Assembly (NCBI GenBank): GCA_943356525.1
Contig: CALRFG010000007.1
Coordinates: forward strand, 1-46,248
DNA: 46,248 nucleotides
Direction: 5' to 3'
Source of the DNA: Candidatus Nomurabacteria bacterium
GTDB taxonomy: Bacteria; Patescibacteriota; Minisyncoccia; Phycocordibacterales; CAIZLB01
Shown here: positions 17,303-27,140 of the stretch, piece after piece
How positions within the stretch are numbered: position 1 is the first letter of the stretch
Layout: each line of letters opens with the position of its first letter
Made by a program: the position numbers and the translations under genes
The notes under the pieces: generated by a model
Seen by the model: the letters and a program-made list of their open reading frames with translations, nothing else
Database searches by the model: none
Told to the model about the DNA's origin: nothing

Positions 17303-18292
17303 TTAGATTTTATTTCCTACTACAGCTCTAGATTTATGAAAAAATCCTTTATTTGGTATTATTATTTCTATAAATTTTATATACCATTTAAAAGTTAACA
17401 AAAGAAATATTGCCGTCACCACACTAATTAAAAGGTGAGCATTGGCGACTGACTGGCTCAATCCAGTGTTAAGTGAAAGTATGAACGATTTAACAGGGTT
17501 AAATAATATAATAGTTATTATAACAGACATAATATTAAACCAAAGATGAGCAAAAGCTGTTCTCTGTGAAGCAGTATTCATAACAAAAGAAGCTATAAGC
17601 GCTGTAACCGTAGTACCTATACCTGACCCTACAACTATACTAAAAGCCTGATCAAAATTTAATATACCTTGAGATACAAAAGTTATTGCTAAAACAGATA
17701 TTGCGGTACTTGATTGAAAAATAGCTGCACCTATAATTCCAACCAGGATGGCTATGTATATAGAGTCTACATGGGATATAAAATATAAAACATCTGGATT
17801 ACTTATATATGGTGCTATTAGAAGCTGTAAATAACTTAAAGACAAAAATAGTAAACCAAAATAAAATACAGGACTAGAATAATGTTTGATCGGGTTTTCA
17901 AATCTTCTCATCATAAAACCAATAACTATAAAAATTGGAGCAAAGGCCATAATGTTAAATGCTATAAGTTGTGAAGTTAAGGTATTACCAACATTTGATC
18001 CAATAACTATACCCAAAGCACCGGGAAATGTTACAAGACCTGCATTCACCAAACCAACTAAGGTTACTGTTATAGCTGTATTTGATTGAAAGATTGCATT
18101 TACAATAAAACCTGTAAAAGTTGAACGTACTGGAGTTTCAGTTGTTTTTGTTAAATAATATTTTAATTTATCACCTGCAACTCTTTCTATAGCGTGAGAG
18201 AATTTACTAACTGAAAAAAGAAATAAAAGTATAGTAGCTAGTATAATAAGTATTGTTGAAATCATAGATACTATTTTATCATACAATAACAT
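17303..18292 (-). CDS. Na+/phosphate cotransporter family (NptA/PF02690-like) membrane protein
   Basis: Two internal repeats have the family signature (QSNTAITVTLVGLVNAG...GSNVGNTLTS and QSSTAISVLAITFVSQG...GSGIGTTVTA). Confidence 0.8.
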   Translation of the reverse strand: MLLYDKIVSMISTILIILATILLFLFSVSKFSHAIERVAGDKLKYYLTKTTETPVRSTFTGFIVNAIFQSNTAITVTLVGLVNAGLVTFPGALGIVIGSNVGNTLTSQLIAFNIMAFAPIFIVIGFMMRRFENPIKHYSSPVFYFGLLFLSLSYLQLLIAPYISNPDVLYFISHVDSIYIAILVGIIGAAIFQSSTAISVLAITFVSQGILNFDQAFSIVVGSGIGTTVTALIASFVMNTASQRTAFAHLWFNIMSVIITIILFNPVKSFILSLNTGLSQSVANAHLLISVVTAIFLLLTFKWYIKFIEIIIPNKGFFHKSRAVVGNKI

Positions 18293-18328
18293 TGAAAATA
18301 AGGTCGATATTGGTTATTATGGCAGTAT

Positions 18329-18856
18329 ATGCAAGAAATCATTAATCTAGTAAATACCGAAGGGGAGATTATTGGAAGCATGGAAAAACTCGAAGCCCAT
18401 GAAAAAGGTTTATTACATGAAGCTTTTTCTATATTCATTTTCAATAAAAATAAAGAGCTTTTACTGCAAAGAAGGGCTTTGACTAAATATCATTCAGGTG
18501 GACTTTGGACAAATACATGCTGTAGTCATCCACGTAAAGGTGAGGATTTAAACATGGCTATACATAGAAGAATGATTGAAGAAATGGGTTTTGACATATC
18601 AAGCCTAAGAAAAGTCTATTCTTTCACCTACAATGTCGCTTTGGATAAAGGTTTGATAGAACATGAATATGATCATGTTTTAGTTGGGGATTATATCAAT
18701 GAAATTATAAAACCAAATCCAGAAGAAGTCTGCGATTATAAATGGGTGAGTATAGAGTGGTTGAAAAAAAATAGTGAAACAAACCCTCAAAACTATACGG
18801 AATGGATAAAGATTATTATTAAGGATGAAAATTTTTTAAAAGCGTTATCCACCTAA
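18329..18856 (+). CDS. idi: Isopentenyl-diphosphate delta-isomerase, type 1 (Nudix fold)
   Basis: GLLHEAFSIFIFN, QRRALTKYHSGGLWTNTCCSHP (catalytic Cys) and EHEYDHV motifs. Confidence 0.9.
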   Translation: MQEIINLVNTEGEIIGSMEKLEAHEKGLLHEAFSIFIFNKNKELLLQRRALTKYHSGGLWTNTCCSHPRKGEDLNMAIHRRMIEEMGFDISSLRKVYSFTYNVALDKGLIEHEYDHVLVGDYINEIIKPNPEEVCDYKWVSIEWLKKNSETNPQNYTEWIKIIIKDENFLKALST

Positions 18857-18887
18857 GTCTAAATAACTAAATTTTACTAAATCAGTA

Positions 18888-19460
18888 TTACTTTATAATC
18901 CGAATACCCCAAGGACTTGATCCTGACAATCTTTCTTTTTTTGAAAGCTTAAATTGATATAAAGAAAAAACAATTGTTATCAATGTAGTTATTGTTTTAT
19001 AGATAACCCACTCTTTGGGAGTTATACTCACTCTAGCTATTTCATTTCCTATGGTCAAAAGTATAAATAAAATAGTCCAACGTATAGTTAATATTCTCCA
19101 TCCTTTGTCTGTCATGGAAAATAGGCCATGAAATAAGGGTTTTAATAATGATTTTTTATAAAATAAGCCTACAATAAGAACCATTGCAAAAAGACCATTG
19201 TAAATAGTGTCTTTTATGATTATGTAAAATGAATCTTTTAAAATCACCGTCAATGATCCTGATATAATAATACTTATACCAACTATAAAAGGGAACCATG
19301 CAAAAGATTTTCTTTCTATTTGCCCAGTAATCATGGCTATGATTGTCAATACGACAAATATAGTAACAGCAGGAAAAAAAGCCAAAAATTCTGAAGCTAT
19401 AAGAAAGGCTATTATTGGTCCAAACTCAATACTAAGGTTTAGGATAATTTTTAATAACAT
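18888..19460 (-). CDS. Putative YciB/IspZ-family inner membrane (septation-associated) protein
   Basis: 190 aa with about five TM helices. The spacing and the central KKxLLKPLF...W...W pattern are colinear with E. coli YciB as recalled from memory. Confidence 0.5.
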   Translation of the reverse strand: MLLKIILNLSIEFGPIIAFLIASEFLAFFPAVTIFVVLTIIAMITGQIERKSFAWFPFIVGISIIISGSLTVILKDSFYIIIKDTIYNGLFAMVLIVGLFYKKSLLKPLFHGLFSMTDKGWRILTIRWTILFILLTIGNEIARVSITPKEWVIYKTITTLITIVFSLYQFKLSKKERLSGSSPWGIRIIK

Positions 19461-19518
19461 ATTTAATTTTAACTATATCATATTACAAACGAATATTTTT
19501 GGATATATGAAGGCGAGT

Positions 19519-19546
19519 TTGACTAGGTATATTTCCATGTTATAAT
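19519..19546 (+). promoter_or_regulatory. Sigma70-type promoter (TTGACT, 16 nt, TGtTATAAT) 7 nt upstream of the cupin ATG
   Basis: Read directly: TTGACT at 19519-19524 and TATAAT at 19541-19546, with the ATG at 19554. Confidence 0.55.
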
Positions 19547-19553
19547 AATATAC

Positions 19554-19955
19554 ATGAAAAAAGGATATAAAGATAATATTGAAAAATTAACTATAGAAAA
19601 TGAAAACTTCAGAAAAGTTCTATATACAGGTATGCATATGCAACTTGTACTTATGAGTTTAAAACCTATGGAGGATATCGGTCTTGAAGTACATGTCGAA
19701 AATGATCAATATTTTCGTTTCGAAAAAGGTGAAGGTAAGGTTGTGATTGGAGAATCGGAATATAGGGTGACTGATGGTGATACTGTAATAGTCCCAGCAG
19801 GAACACAACACAATGTTATAAACATTTCAGGATCTGAAGATCTTAAGATGTATACGATATACACCCCAGCGCATCATAAAAACGGTATTATTCGCGCTAC
19901 AAAAAAAGAGGCTATGGAAAATGAAGAAGATTTTGACGGAGTGTTAAGTGAATAG
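19554..19955 (+). CDS. Cupin domain protein
   Basis: Cupin_2-like motifs (GLEVHVENDQYF...GDTVIVPAGTQHNVIN). Confidence 0.7.
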   Translation: MKKGYKDNIEKLTIENENFRKVLYTGMHMQLVLMSLKPMEDIGLEVHVENDQYFRFEKGEGKVVIGESEYRVTDGDTVIVPAGTQHNVINISGSEDLKMYTIYTPAHHKNGIIRATKKEAMENEEDFDGVLSE

Positions 19956-19970
19956 TTTAAAACGAGGGTT

Positions 19971-20768
19971 TTATAAATCAATTTGAACTACCTTAATGTT
20001 TTGACCAAACCATTTCGTTACGGTTTTTGATATTGTATCCGTCAAATCGGTAACGTTTAATTTATATATACCTTCTTTAGACAATACTTTCTCAATTTCT
20101 GGATGATTATTTAAATACGTTTTAAGTTTTTTGGGTATTAGTTTATTTTGAGAAATTATTCTTACTTCGGGACCTATTATTTTCTGTATCCTATATTGAA
20201 GCATGGGAAAGTGTGTACATCCGAGTATCAGGGTGTCTATTTTTCCCTTGAATGATTTTAGATAATTTTCCAAGATTGGATTAATAAAACCTAATTCATC
20301 ATTTTCAACAAAAGGTACAAGTAGTGGGGCAGCTTTCTGTAGAACTTTAGTATTAGGTTTAATTTTTTTTAGCTCAATTACAAAAGCATTTGAAGCAACT
20401 GTAGCAACGGTAGCGAGTACACCGATATTTTTTGCTTGCTTATTTTCTAGAGCAACTTCGCAGGCAGGAATGATTACTCCAAGAACTTTTCTATCAGGAT
20501 AATTTGATGGTAAAAAATCTTGCTGGATTTTTCTTAATGCTTGGGCGGATGCAGTATTACAAGCAACGATGACAAGTTTACAGTTTTGTTTTAATAAATA
20601 TTCAACGGAATCTTTTAAAAACTCATAAATAGTTTCAGCTGATCTATTTCCGTAAGGAACCCTTTTTGTATCACCTAAATAAACATAGTTATATTGGGGA
20701 AGTTTTTTAATCATAGATTTTGTAATGAGTAGTCCACCTAGACCAGAGTCGAATATTCCTATGTTCAT
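19971..20768 (-). CDS. murI: Glutamate racemase
   Basis: IGIFDSGLGGL, the two catalytic Cys motifs VVACNTAS and LGCTHFP. Confidence 0.95.
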   Translation of the reverse strand: MNIGIFDSGLGGLLITKSMIKKLPQYNYVYLGDTKRVPYGNRSAETIYEFLKDSVEYLLKQNCKLVIVACNTASAQALRKIQQDFLPSNYPDRKVLGVIIPACEVALENKQAKNIGVLATVATVASNAFVIELKKIKPNTKVLQKAAPLLVPFVENDELGFINPILENYLKSFKGKIDTLILGCTHFPMLQYRIQKIIGPEVRIISQNKLIPKKLKTYLNNHPEIEKVLSKEGIYKLNVTDLTDTISKTVTKWFGQNIKVVQIDL

Positions 20769-20858
20769 GTATGAATAATATCACAGGTTTGAGCTCGTTA
20801 TAAGGTAAAAAAAACTATACTAAATAGGGCTATTTTCGAATACTGCGAACTTGATAAG

Positions 20859-21788
20859 ATGTTCAAACCTATCTCATGTTACAATAAATTAATGTTATCT
20901 ATTCCAGGACTTAAAACTAAAGTATCTTTGGCAGAATATACAACTTATAAAATTGGAGGCCATGCAGATTATTTTTTTATAGCCCGTAGTCAGAATGAGT
21001 TAAAACACGCAATTATTCAAGCTAGAAAAAATAATATCGCATATTTTGTTCTAGGTATAGGAGCAAATATTCTTTTTGGAGATAAGGGGTTCAGAGGTTT
21101 GGTAATAAAGAATGAGTCAAAAAATTTTACATTTAAAGCTAATATTCTTAGTGTTGAAAGCGGGGCCACAATAGAGAATTTGATTTCAGTATCGGCAGAA
21201 AGAAACCTTTCTGGATTCGAGCACTTTGCTGGAATTCCAAGTACAGTTGGTGGCGCCCTTTGGCAGAACTTACACTTTCTTTCTCCTGACAGATTAAGAA
21301 CAGTTTTTATCGAGGAGATTTTTGTTAATGCAAAAGTTCTAACTAGTGATAATAAAGTTATTGTGCTCGATAAGCATTACTTTAATTTCGGGTACGATCA
21401 CTCCATTCTTCATGAAATAAACTTCATAGTCCTAGAGGCGACTTTTAATTTATCTTCATTATCTGAAAAAGAAATATTAAAACAAGCTGAAGAAAATATT
21501 GCTTGGAGGAAATCAAAACAGCCACAACTTTCAGAATATCCGTCATGCGGGTCAGTTTTTAAAAAGATTGACGGGGTTGGGGCAGGAAGACTGATAGAAC
21601 AGGTTGGCCTAAAGGGTTCATCTATAGGTAGCATACAATCATCTTTTCATCATGCAAATTTTTTGGTTAATACAGGAGGTGGTACTGCTGCTGAAGTAAG
21701 GTTGCTTATAGAAATGATTCAAGACAAGGTTGAGAAAGATACTGGTTACAAACTTGAAACGGAAATAGGATTTATAGGCGAGTTTTAA
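20859..21788 (+). CDS. murB: UDP-N-acetylenolpyruvoylglucosamine reductase
   Basis: FAD-binding N-terminus (LAEYTTYKIGGHADYF, VLGIGANILF) and a C-terminal GSVFKK...AG..IE..GLKG motif. The start may instead be the internal Met at residue 12. Confidence 0.9.
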   Translation: MFKPISCYNKLMLSIPGLKTKVSLAEYTTYKIGGHADYFFIARSQNELKHAIIQARKNNIAYFVLGIGANILFGDKGFRGLVIKNESKNFTFKANILSVESGATIENLISVSAERNLSGFEHFAGIPSTVGGALWQNLHFLSPDRLRTVFIEEIFVNAKVLTSDNKVIVLDKHYFNFGYDHSILHEINFIVLEATFNLSSLSEKEILKQAEENIAWRKSKQPQLSEYPSCGSVFKKIDGVGAGRLIEQVGLKGSSIGSIQSSFHHANFLVNTGGGTAAEVRLLIEMIQDKVEKDTGYKLETEIGFIGEF

Positions 21789-21837
21789 AAAATAAATAAT
21801 AGAAAATAACCCATATAAATAAGGTTATTTTTAGATG

Positions 21838-21909
21838 CTCCTCCGGTAGGGATCGAACCTACGACCAATTGCTTAACAGGCAACTGCTCTACCGCTGAGC
21901 TACAGAGGA
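21838..21909 (-). tRNA. tRNA-Asn (anticodon GUU)
   Basis: Folded by hand. Acceptor UCCUCUG/CGGAGGA, D stem GCUC/GAGC, anticodon stem GUUGC/GCAAU with loop CUGUUAA, T stem GUAGG/CCUAC with loop UUCGAUC, and discriminator G. CCA is not encoded. Confidence 0.93.
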
Positions 21910-22021
21910 ATGAATTAGGGTGAGCTGAAGTTCTTTCAATTAAATATACCAGTGTATATTAAAAGAAACAACCTCAACTCAACCTGTTCAAATATTATCA
22001 AAAAAAGACAAATAACGCAAT

Positions 22022-22381
22022 CTATACAATTTCTTTATCAACATGTCTCCCATAATCATCTTCTAGTCTAATTATGTCATTTTCATCAAATTCTCCAAAT
22101 GCTATTTCCAATACCTTAGCAGGCTTTTCTGTTCCTACGAGTCTATGCTTTATTTTTGTTTCTATTATATATTCATCCCCAGTTTTGACATTTATCTCTT
22201 TACCGTCTATTTCAAAAATTGCTTCACCTTCAATTAGTTTCCAAAATTCTTTCCTATGATTGTGATACTGTAAACTAAGTCTTTGTTTTGGATTTATAGT
22301 CAGTATTTTTACAGTACTTATTTCATTTTGGGTAAATATTTCCTCTGATCCCCAAGGTCTTTCATCATATTTTATATTCAT
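22022..22381 (-). CDS. Cupin-type mannose-6-phosphate isomerase (type II PMI C-terminal-domain-like)
   Basis: ERPWGSEEIF...VKILTINPKQRLSLQYHNHRKEFWKLIEGEA...GDEYII....KHRL matches the ManC-type PMI cupin signature. Confidence 0.72.
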   Translation of the reverse strand: MNIKYDERPWGSEEIFTQNEISTVKILTINPKQRLSLQYHNHRKEFWKLIEGEAIFEIDGKEINVKTGDEYIIETKIKHRLVGTEKPAKVLEIAFGEFDENDIIRLEDDYGRHVDKEIV

Positions 22382-22403
22382 ATTTGTATTTTATCTTATT
22401 TTA

Positions 22404-23156
22404 TTAATTATTGATAATATTTTTTATTATATCTTTTGTATGTTCAAGGTTATCGACTTTTATATAGGATACGGATGTTTTTACTATAGAATAATCATTA
22501 CCACCTTGAAATATTGCATCACCAATAAATAAAATCTCTTCTTTTTTCAAATTTAATAATTCTTCAATTCTGCCTATAGCATAACCCTTATCTATTGATT
22601 TTTTATTTATATCTATAGATGTTGTTCCACCTATTTTTACTTCAAATTCAGGTAAATATTTATCTAGACATTCTTTTATTTTTATTCTTTTAACCATATC
22701 GCTGTCCCATTCTTTTTTTAAATCTATGGGTGCTTTTTGTCCTAAAGCCGAAAAAGTATATTGAGTGTTTCTATCCTCCAACGCCTCACCATATGTTATT
22801 TTTGGTAAGAAATCTATTTCCTGATACATATTTTCAAAAGCCTGCTTTATTTTCATCTTTTCTTCATCATTCAAAATGTTTTCATATACTTTGGTCCAAT
22901 CTTTGTTAAAAGAATACATCATACCACCTGATGTTGGAAAAAGGTATAAATTTTTGAATATATTTTCATCAAATTGTAATTTACTTATAACCTGATCATT
23001 TATTTGATTAAATCCAGCCCCGCTAATTATAGCCACTTTCTTTATTTTTAACAATTCAGATAGAAGTGATGACATGTTTTCATCCAGGAACTGTTTACTT
23101 ATAGCTAAAGTATCGTCTAAATCAAATACTATAATCTTATATTTAGTGAAATTCAT
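22404..23156 (-). CDS. HAD-IIB phosphomannomutase-like enzyme (eukaryotic-type PMM family)
   Basis: DxDxT nucleophile motif (VFDLDDTLA). It is colinear with PMM family blocks (IGGTTSIDINKKSIDKGY versus IGGQISFDVFPDGWDKRY, and FIGDAIFQGGNDYSI versus FFGDKTMPGGNDHEI of human PMM2, recalled from memory). Confidence 0.7.
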   Translation of the reverse strand: MNFTKYKIIVFDLDDTLAISKQFLDENMSSLLSELLKIKKVAIISGAGFNQINDQVISKLQFDENIFKNLYLFPTSGGMMYSFNKDWTKVYENILNDEEKMKIKQAFENMYQEIDFLPKITYGEALEDRNTQYTFSALGQKAPIDLKKEWDSDMVKRIKIKECLDKYLPEFEVKIGGTTSIDINKKSIDKGYAIGRIEELLNLKKEEILFIGDAIFQGGNDYSIVKTSVSYIKVDNLEHTKDIIKNIINN

Positions 23157-23230
23157 ATTTTATAATTATAACTTTTTATCTTTAAGTTGCATAGGAATAG
23201 TCAATGTAATACAATATTGAATATAAAACC

Positions 23231-25165
23231 ATGTCTAAATTATTGAACAATAAAACACATAACAAAAAAGTCAAGATAGTTAAGAAATTAGAAAGTTTTA
23301 CCCCTCTAGGTTTTTTTAAGAATAATGATTATTTTTCAATGTTTTATAAATCAAGCCTTTCTTTAAATGATATTTATCTTATAAATAATAAAAATGGTGA
23401 TATAAATAATTTTTCATTAAAAAATAAAGAAAAAATTAATATTAAAAATGGCTTATTTGGTAAAAATATAGATTTAGAAAAAATAAATAATATAACTTAT
23501 TCAGAAATAAATAATACAAAAATTATAACCTTTTTTTATATAGATACAAAGACAAAAGAGAAGAAACTTTATTTAGCTGTAAACAAAGGTAAGGACAATA
23601 CAAATTGGAAAATTAATAATACTTTCATGGAGATAAAAGAGAGTGCGGGTGTTATATCTGATTATATTTTTGATAAAAAGATTTATATGTATTATGGAGA
23701 TTCAAATATAAGTACAGCCTTTTCTTCAAATTTAGGTAAGTGGTATAAGGATAAGGATTCTGTATTAAAAAAACGACCTGGATTTTTTGATAATAATAAT
23801 TTAAAATTTCTAGGAACAAAAATAATAGACAGAGGTATATTAGTTTTTTATGATTCATCTTATAAGGTTAATAAAAGCTTAAAAATTCAAATAGGATTAG
23901 CTATGTTTTCTTTAAATGATCCAAATAAGATAATTTGGCGATCAGATGATGCTATTTTTGAAAATGAAATACCTTTTGAAAATGATTTTGAATCGAAAGG
24001 TATGGTTTTTGATAATGATCAATTTACAATTTACTGGCATTCTAAAAAAACAGGTATATTAAGTGCGACATTAAATCTTCCATTTACAAATAATTTAGAT
24101 TCCAAATTATTTCAAAAATTAGAAAAACATGATAATAATCCAATAATTTCACCTGATTCATTTGAAAATATTAATAATGTAAGTAAAAATGAAATAAAAA
24201 AATGGACTGCAAATGGTACATTTAATCCTACGGCTATAAATCTAGGTGAAAAAATTCATCTTCTCTTCAGGGCTGTCGGTGAAGATGGTATATCAAGAAT
24301 AGGATATTCAGATAGCTTAGATGGTTTTAATTTTGACGATACTCATTGTAAGCCGGTATTTTATCTAAAAAGATCTCATTTTGGGCGAGGACATATGAAA
24401 GATAAATATGACCCAGTTTTATATGAATCTGGGGGTAGCTGGGGTGGCTGTGAAGATCCTAGGGTGACTAAAATAGATGATAGGATATATATGATATTTA
24501 ACGCTTTTGATGGTTGGGATTTTATTAGAGTTGCCTATACATCCATAAAAGAAAAAGATTTTTTAAATAATAATTGGGATTGGGATAAACCAAGGTTAAT
24601 ATCACCTCAAGGTGAAATCAACAAAAACTGGGTAATATTTCCAGAAAAAATAAATGGTAAATTTGCTATATTACACAGCTTAACTCCAAATATACAAATT
24701 GATTATATAAATAGATTAGAAGATTTAGAATCAGGTAAGGCAAAAATAAAAAGTAAATATGAAAGAAAGCTTAAATCAAAATCATGGGATACGTGGATTA
24801 GAGGTGTTGGGCCTTCACCTCTAAAAACTGAAGATGGCTGGCTAGTTTTTTACCATGCTGTAACAGCAGATGAAACTCATAAATATAAACTTGGAGTGCT
24901 GTTATTAGATTTAAATGATCCAACTAGAATTATCGCCCGTGCAACCGCTCCAATTTTGACACCGGATATGTGGTATGAAAACGATTCAAAACCTGGAATA
25001 GTATACGCTTGCGGGGCTATCATAAAAGGAGATTCACTATATATATATTACGGAGGAGGAGATAAACACGTATGTGTTGCTACCGCATCGCTGAAAGAAT
25101 TTATTAATAACTTAAAAAATAGTAAAGATCAAACACCTTCTATTAAAAAAGTAAAATTCTCTTAA
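23231..25165 (+). CDS. GH130-family glycoside phosphorylase/hydrolase with a degenerate N-terminal GH130-like half
   Basis: The C-terminal ~350 aa carry GH130 (DUF377) motifs: NPIISP, GTFNPTAI, LLFRAVG, GGCEDPRVTKIDDRIYMIFNA, FPEKINGKF, GWLVFYHAV, LGVLLLDLNDP and YIYYGGGD. The N-terminal ~290 aa retain partial blade motifs (ILVFYD, IGLAMFSLNDPNKIIW) but have no EDPR. Confidence 0.85.
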   Translation: MSKLLNNKTHNKKVKIVKKLESFTPLGFFKNNDYFSMFYKSSLSLNDIYLINNKNGDINNFSLKNKEKINIKNGLFGKNIDLEKINNITYSEINNTKIITFFYIDTKTKEKKLYLAVNKGKDNTNWKINNTFMEIKESAGVISDYIFDKKIYMYYGDSNISTAFSSNLGKWYKDKDSVLKKRPGFFDNNNLKFLGTKIIDRGILVFYDSSYKVNKSLKIQIGLAMFSLNDPNKIIWRSDDAIFENEIPFENDFESKGMVFDNDQFTIYWHSKKTGILSATLNLPFTNNLDSKLFQKLEKHDNNPIISPDSFENINNVSKNEIKKWTANGTFNPTAINLGEKIHLLFRAVGEDGISRIGYSDSLDGFNFDDTHCKPVFYLKRSHFGRGHMKDKYDPVLYESGGSWGGCEDPRVTKIDDRIYMIFNAFDGWDFIRVAYTSIKEKDFLNNNWDWDKPRLISPQGEINKNWVIFPEKINGKFAILHSLTPNIQIDYINRLEDLESGKAKIKSKYERKLKSKSWDTWIRGVGPSPLKTEDGWLVFYHAVTADETHKYKLGVLLLDLNDPTRIIARATAPILTPDMWYENDSKPGIVYACGAIIKGDSLYIYYGGGDKHVCVATASLKEFINNLKNSKDQTPSIKKVKFS

Positions 25166-25182
25166 TATTTTAATTAAAAAAA

Positions 25183-27096
25183 ATGTTTACAGTTAAAAAA
25201 TCATCGCATAATCCATTATTATCACCGAATACAAATGATCCCTGGGAAGCCAAAGCCGTTTTTAACTGGTGTCCCATTAAAGATGGTAACACTACCCATT
25301 ATGTCTACAGAGCAATGTCTTCAAATGAATCTTATTTTAGTAATACTATAAGTATTTCTTCTATTGGATATACTTCTAGTTTAAATGAAATAGATTTTTC
25401 AGAAACAAAACAATTAATAGCACCAGAATATGAATGGGAAAGATATGGCTGTGAAGACCCAAGAGTAACAAAAATAGATGATAAATTTTACATTTTCTAC
25501 ACAGCTTTATCGAATTATCCGTTTGATGCAAATAGTATTAAAATAGCTGTTGCTATAACGAAAGATTTTAAAACTATAGAAGAAAAACATCTTGTTACAC
25601 CTTTTAACGCCAAAGCTATGGCTTTATTTCCAGAAAAAATAAATGGAAAATATGTAGTTATTTTATCAGTTAATACAGACATGCCCCCAGCTAAAATATG
25701 TTTTGCTGAATTTGATAATTTGGAGGATATTTGGAATGAAAAATACTGGCAAAAATGGTATAAAGAATTTGATAAACATAGTATAAATATAAATCGATCT
25801 GATAAAGATCATGTTGAAGTTGGTGCCGTTCCTATAAAAACCGATAAAGGATGGTTGCTTATATATAGTCATATAGAAAATTATTTTAGAGATAATAATC
25901 CATCTCCAAGAGTTTTTGGTATAGAAGCATTACTTCTGGATTTACATGACACTAAAAAAATAATAGGTCGAACAAAGTGGCCTATAGTTACACCGAGCGA
26001 AATCTATGAAAAAAATGGACAATTTCCAGATATAGTTTTTCCTTCAGGTGCTTTGATTGATAACGAAAATTTAAATATATACTATGGTGCAAGCGATACT
26101 TTTTGCTGTAAGGTAACTGTTAATCTAAAAAATCTTTTAAGTAGTATGCATGGAAACTCTATAAGTGAATATACACAGAGATATAAAAATAACCCCATTT
26201 TAAAACCAAGATCAGATTTTAAATGGGAATCTCATGGAGTTTTTAATCCCGCAGTCTTGCAAATAGGTAAAAACATACATATTTTATATAGGGCGATGTC
26301 TAATGATGACACTTCCTATATTGGATATGCACTTACTACAAATGGTTACGATATTATAAAAAGAGAGGATAATCCCATATATATACCTAGAGAGTCTTTT
26401 GAAAATAAAAGACGACCAGGAAACTCTGGTTGTGAAGATCCTCGATTAACTCTTATAGATAAAAAAGTATATATGTGTTACACAGCATATGATGGTGAAA
26501 ATCCACCAAGAGTAGCATTAACTTATATCTCATTAAAAGATTTTGAAAAAAATAATTGGAATTGGAGTAAACCCGTGTTGATATCCCCAGTTGGTAAAGA
26601 TGATAAAGATGCCTGTATTTTTCCAGAAAAAATAAATGGAAAATATTTAGTATTACATAGAATAAATGGTGATATATGTGCTGATTATGTAAAATCCTTA
26701 GATTTCCCTGATGGTCCTTTGGAAATATCTACGCCCATAATCTTACCAAGAGCAGGCATGTGGGATAGTGAAAAAATTGGTATTTCATCACCACCTATAA
26801 AAACAAAAAAAGGTTGGCTATTAATTTATCACGGCGTATCATCTCAAAATCATATTTATAGGGTAGGTGCAGCCCTATTAGATTTGAAAAATCCCTTAAA
26901 AGTTTTATCTAGGACGACTTATCCTATATTAGAGCCGGAAACTGATTATGAAAAGATAGGAATTGTACCAAATGTAGTCTTTCCTTGTGGTGCTTGTGTC
27001 AGAGGTGATGATATTTTTATGTATTATGGAGGTGCTGATGATGTTGTTGCTGTTGCGACAGTTTCTCTTGAAAAAGTTTTACAGTCTTTGCTATAA
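25183..27096 (+). CDS. Tandem double-domain GH130-family protein
   Basis: Two full GH130 units sit in one 637-aa chain. Each has NP(L/I)L.P, YRAMS, GCEDPR(V/L)T, FPEKINGKY, GWLLIYH(I/G), LLDL.(D/N) and YYG(A/G).D motifs. Confidence 0.88.
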   Translation: MFTVKKSSHNPLLSPNTNDPWEAKAVFNWCPIKDGNTTHYVYRAMSSNESYFSNTISISSIGYTSSLNEIDFSETKQLIAPEYEWERYGCEDPRVTKIDDKFYIFYTALSNYPFDANSIKIAVAITKDFKTIEEKHLVTPFNAKAMALFPEKINGKYVVILSVNTDMPPAKICFAEFDNLEDIWNEKYWQKWYKEFDKHSININRSDKDHVEVGAVPIKTDKGWLLIYSHIENYFRDNNPSPRVFGIEALLLDLHDTKKIIGRTKWPIVTPSEIYEKNGQFPDIVFPSGALIDNENLNIYYGASDTFCCKVTVNLKNLLSSMHGNSISEYTQRYKNNPILKPRSDFKWESHGVFNPAVLQIGKNIHILYRAMSNDDTSYIGYALTTNGYDIIKREDNPIYIPRESFENKRRPGNSGCEDPRLTLIDKKVYMCYTAYDGENPPRVALTYISLKDFEKNNWNWSKPVLISPVGKDDKDACIFPEKINGKYLVLHRINGDICADYVKSLDFPDGPLEISTPIILPRAGMWDSEKIGISSPPIKTKKGWLLIYHGVSSQNHIYRVGAALLDLKNPLKVLSRTTYPILEPETDYEKIGIVPNVVFPCGACVRGDDIFMYYGGADDVVAVATVSLEKVLQSLL

Positions 27097-27140
27097 TTTT
27101 TGAGTGACAAAACCCCAAAAACAGTGTAATATATACAAAT

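Noticed and set aside
21838-27096. The mannoside gene block as a tRNA-Asn-targeted genomic island.
   Set aside because: No integrase was seen, no duplicated tRNA 3' segment, and no obvious compositional shift by eye. Adjacency to a tRNA alone is not evidence.
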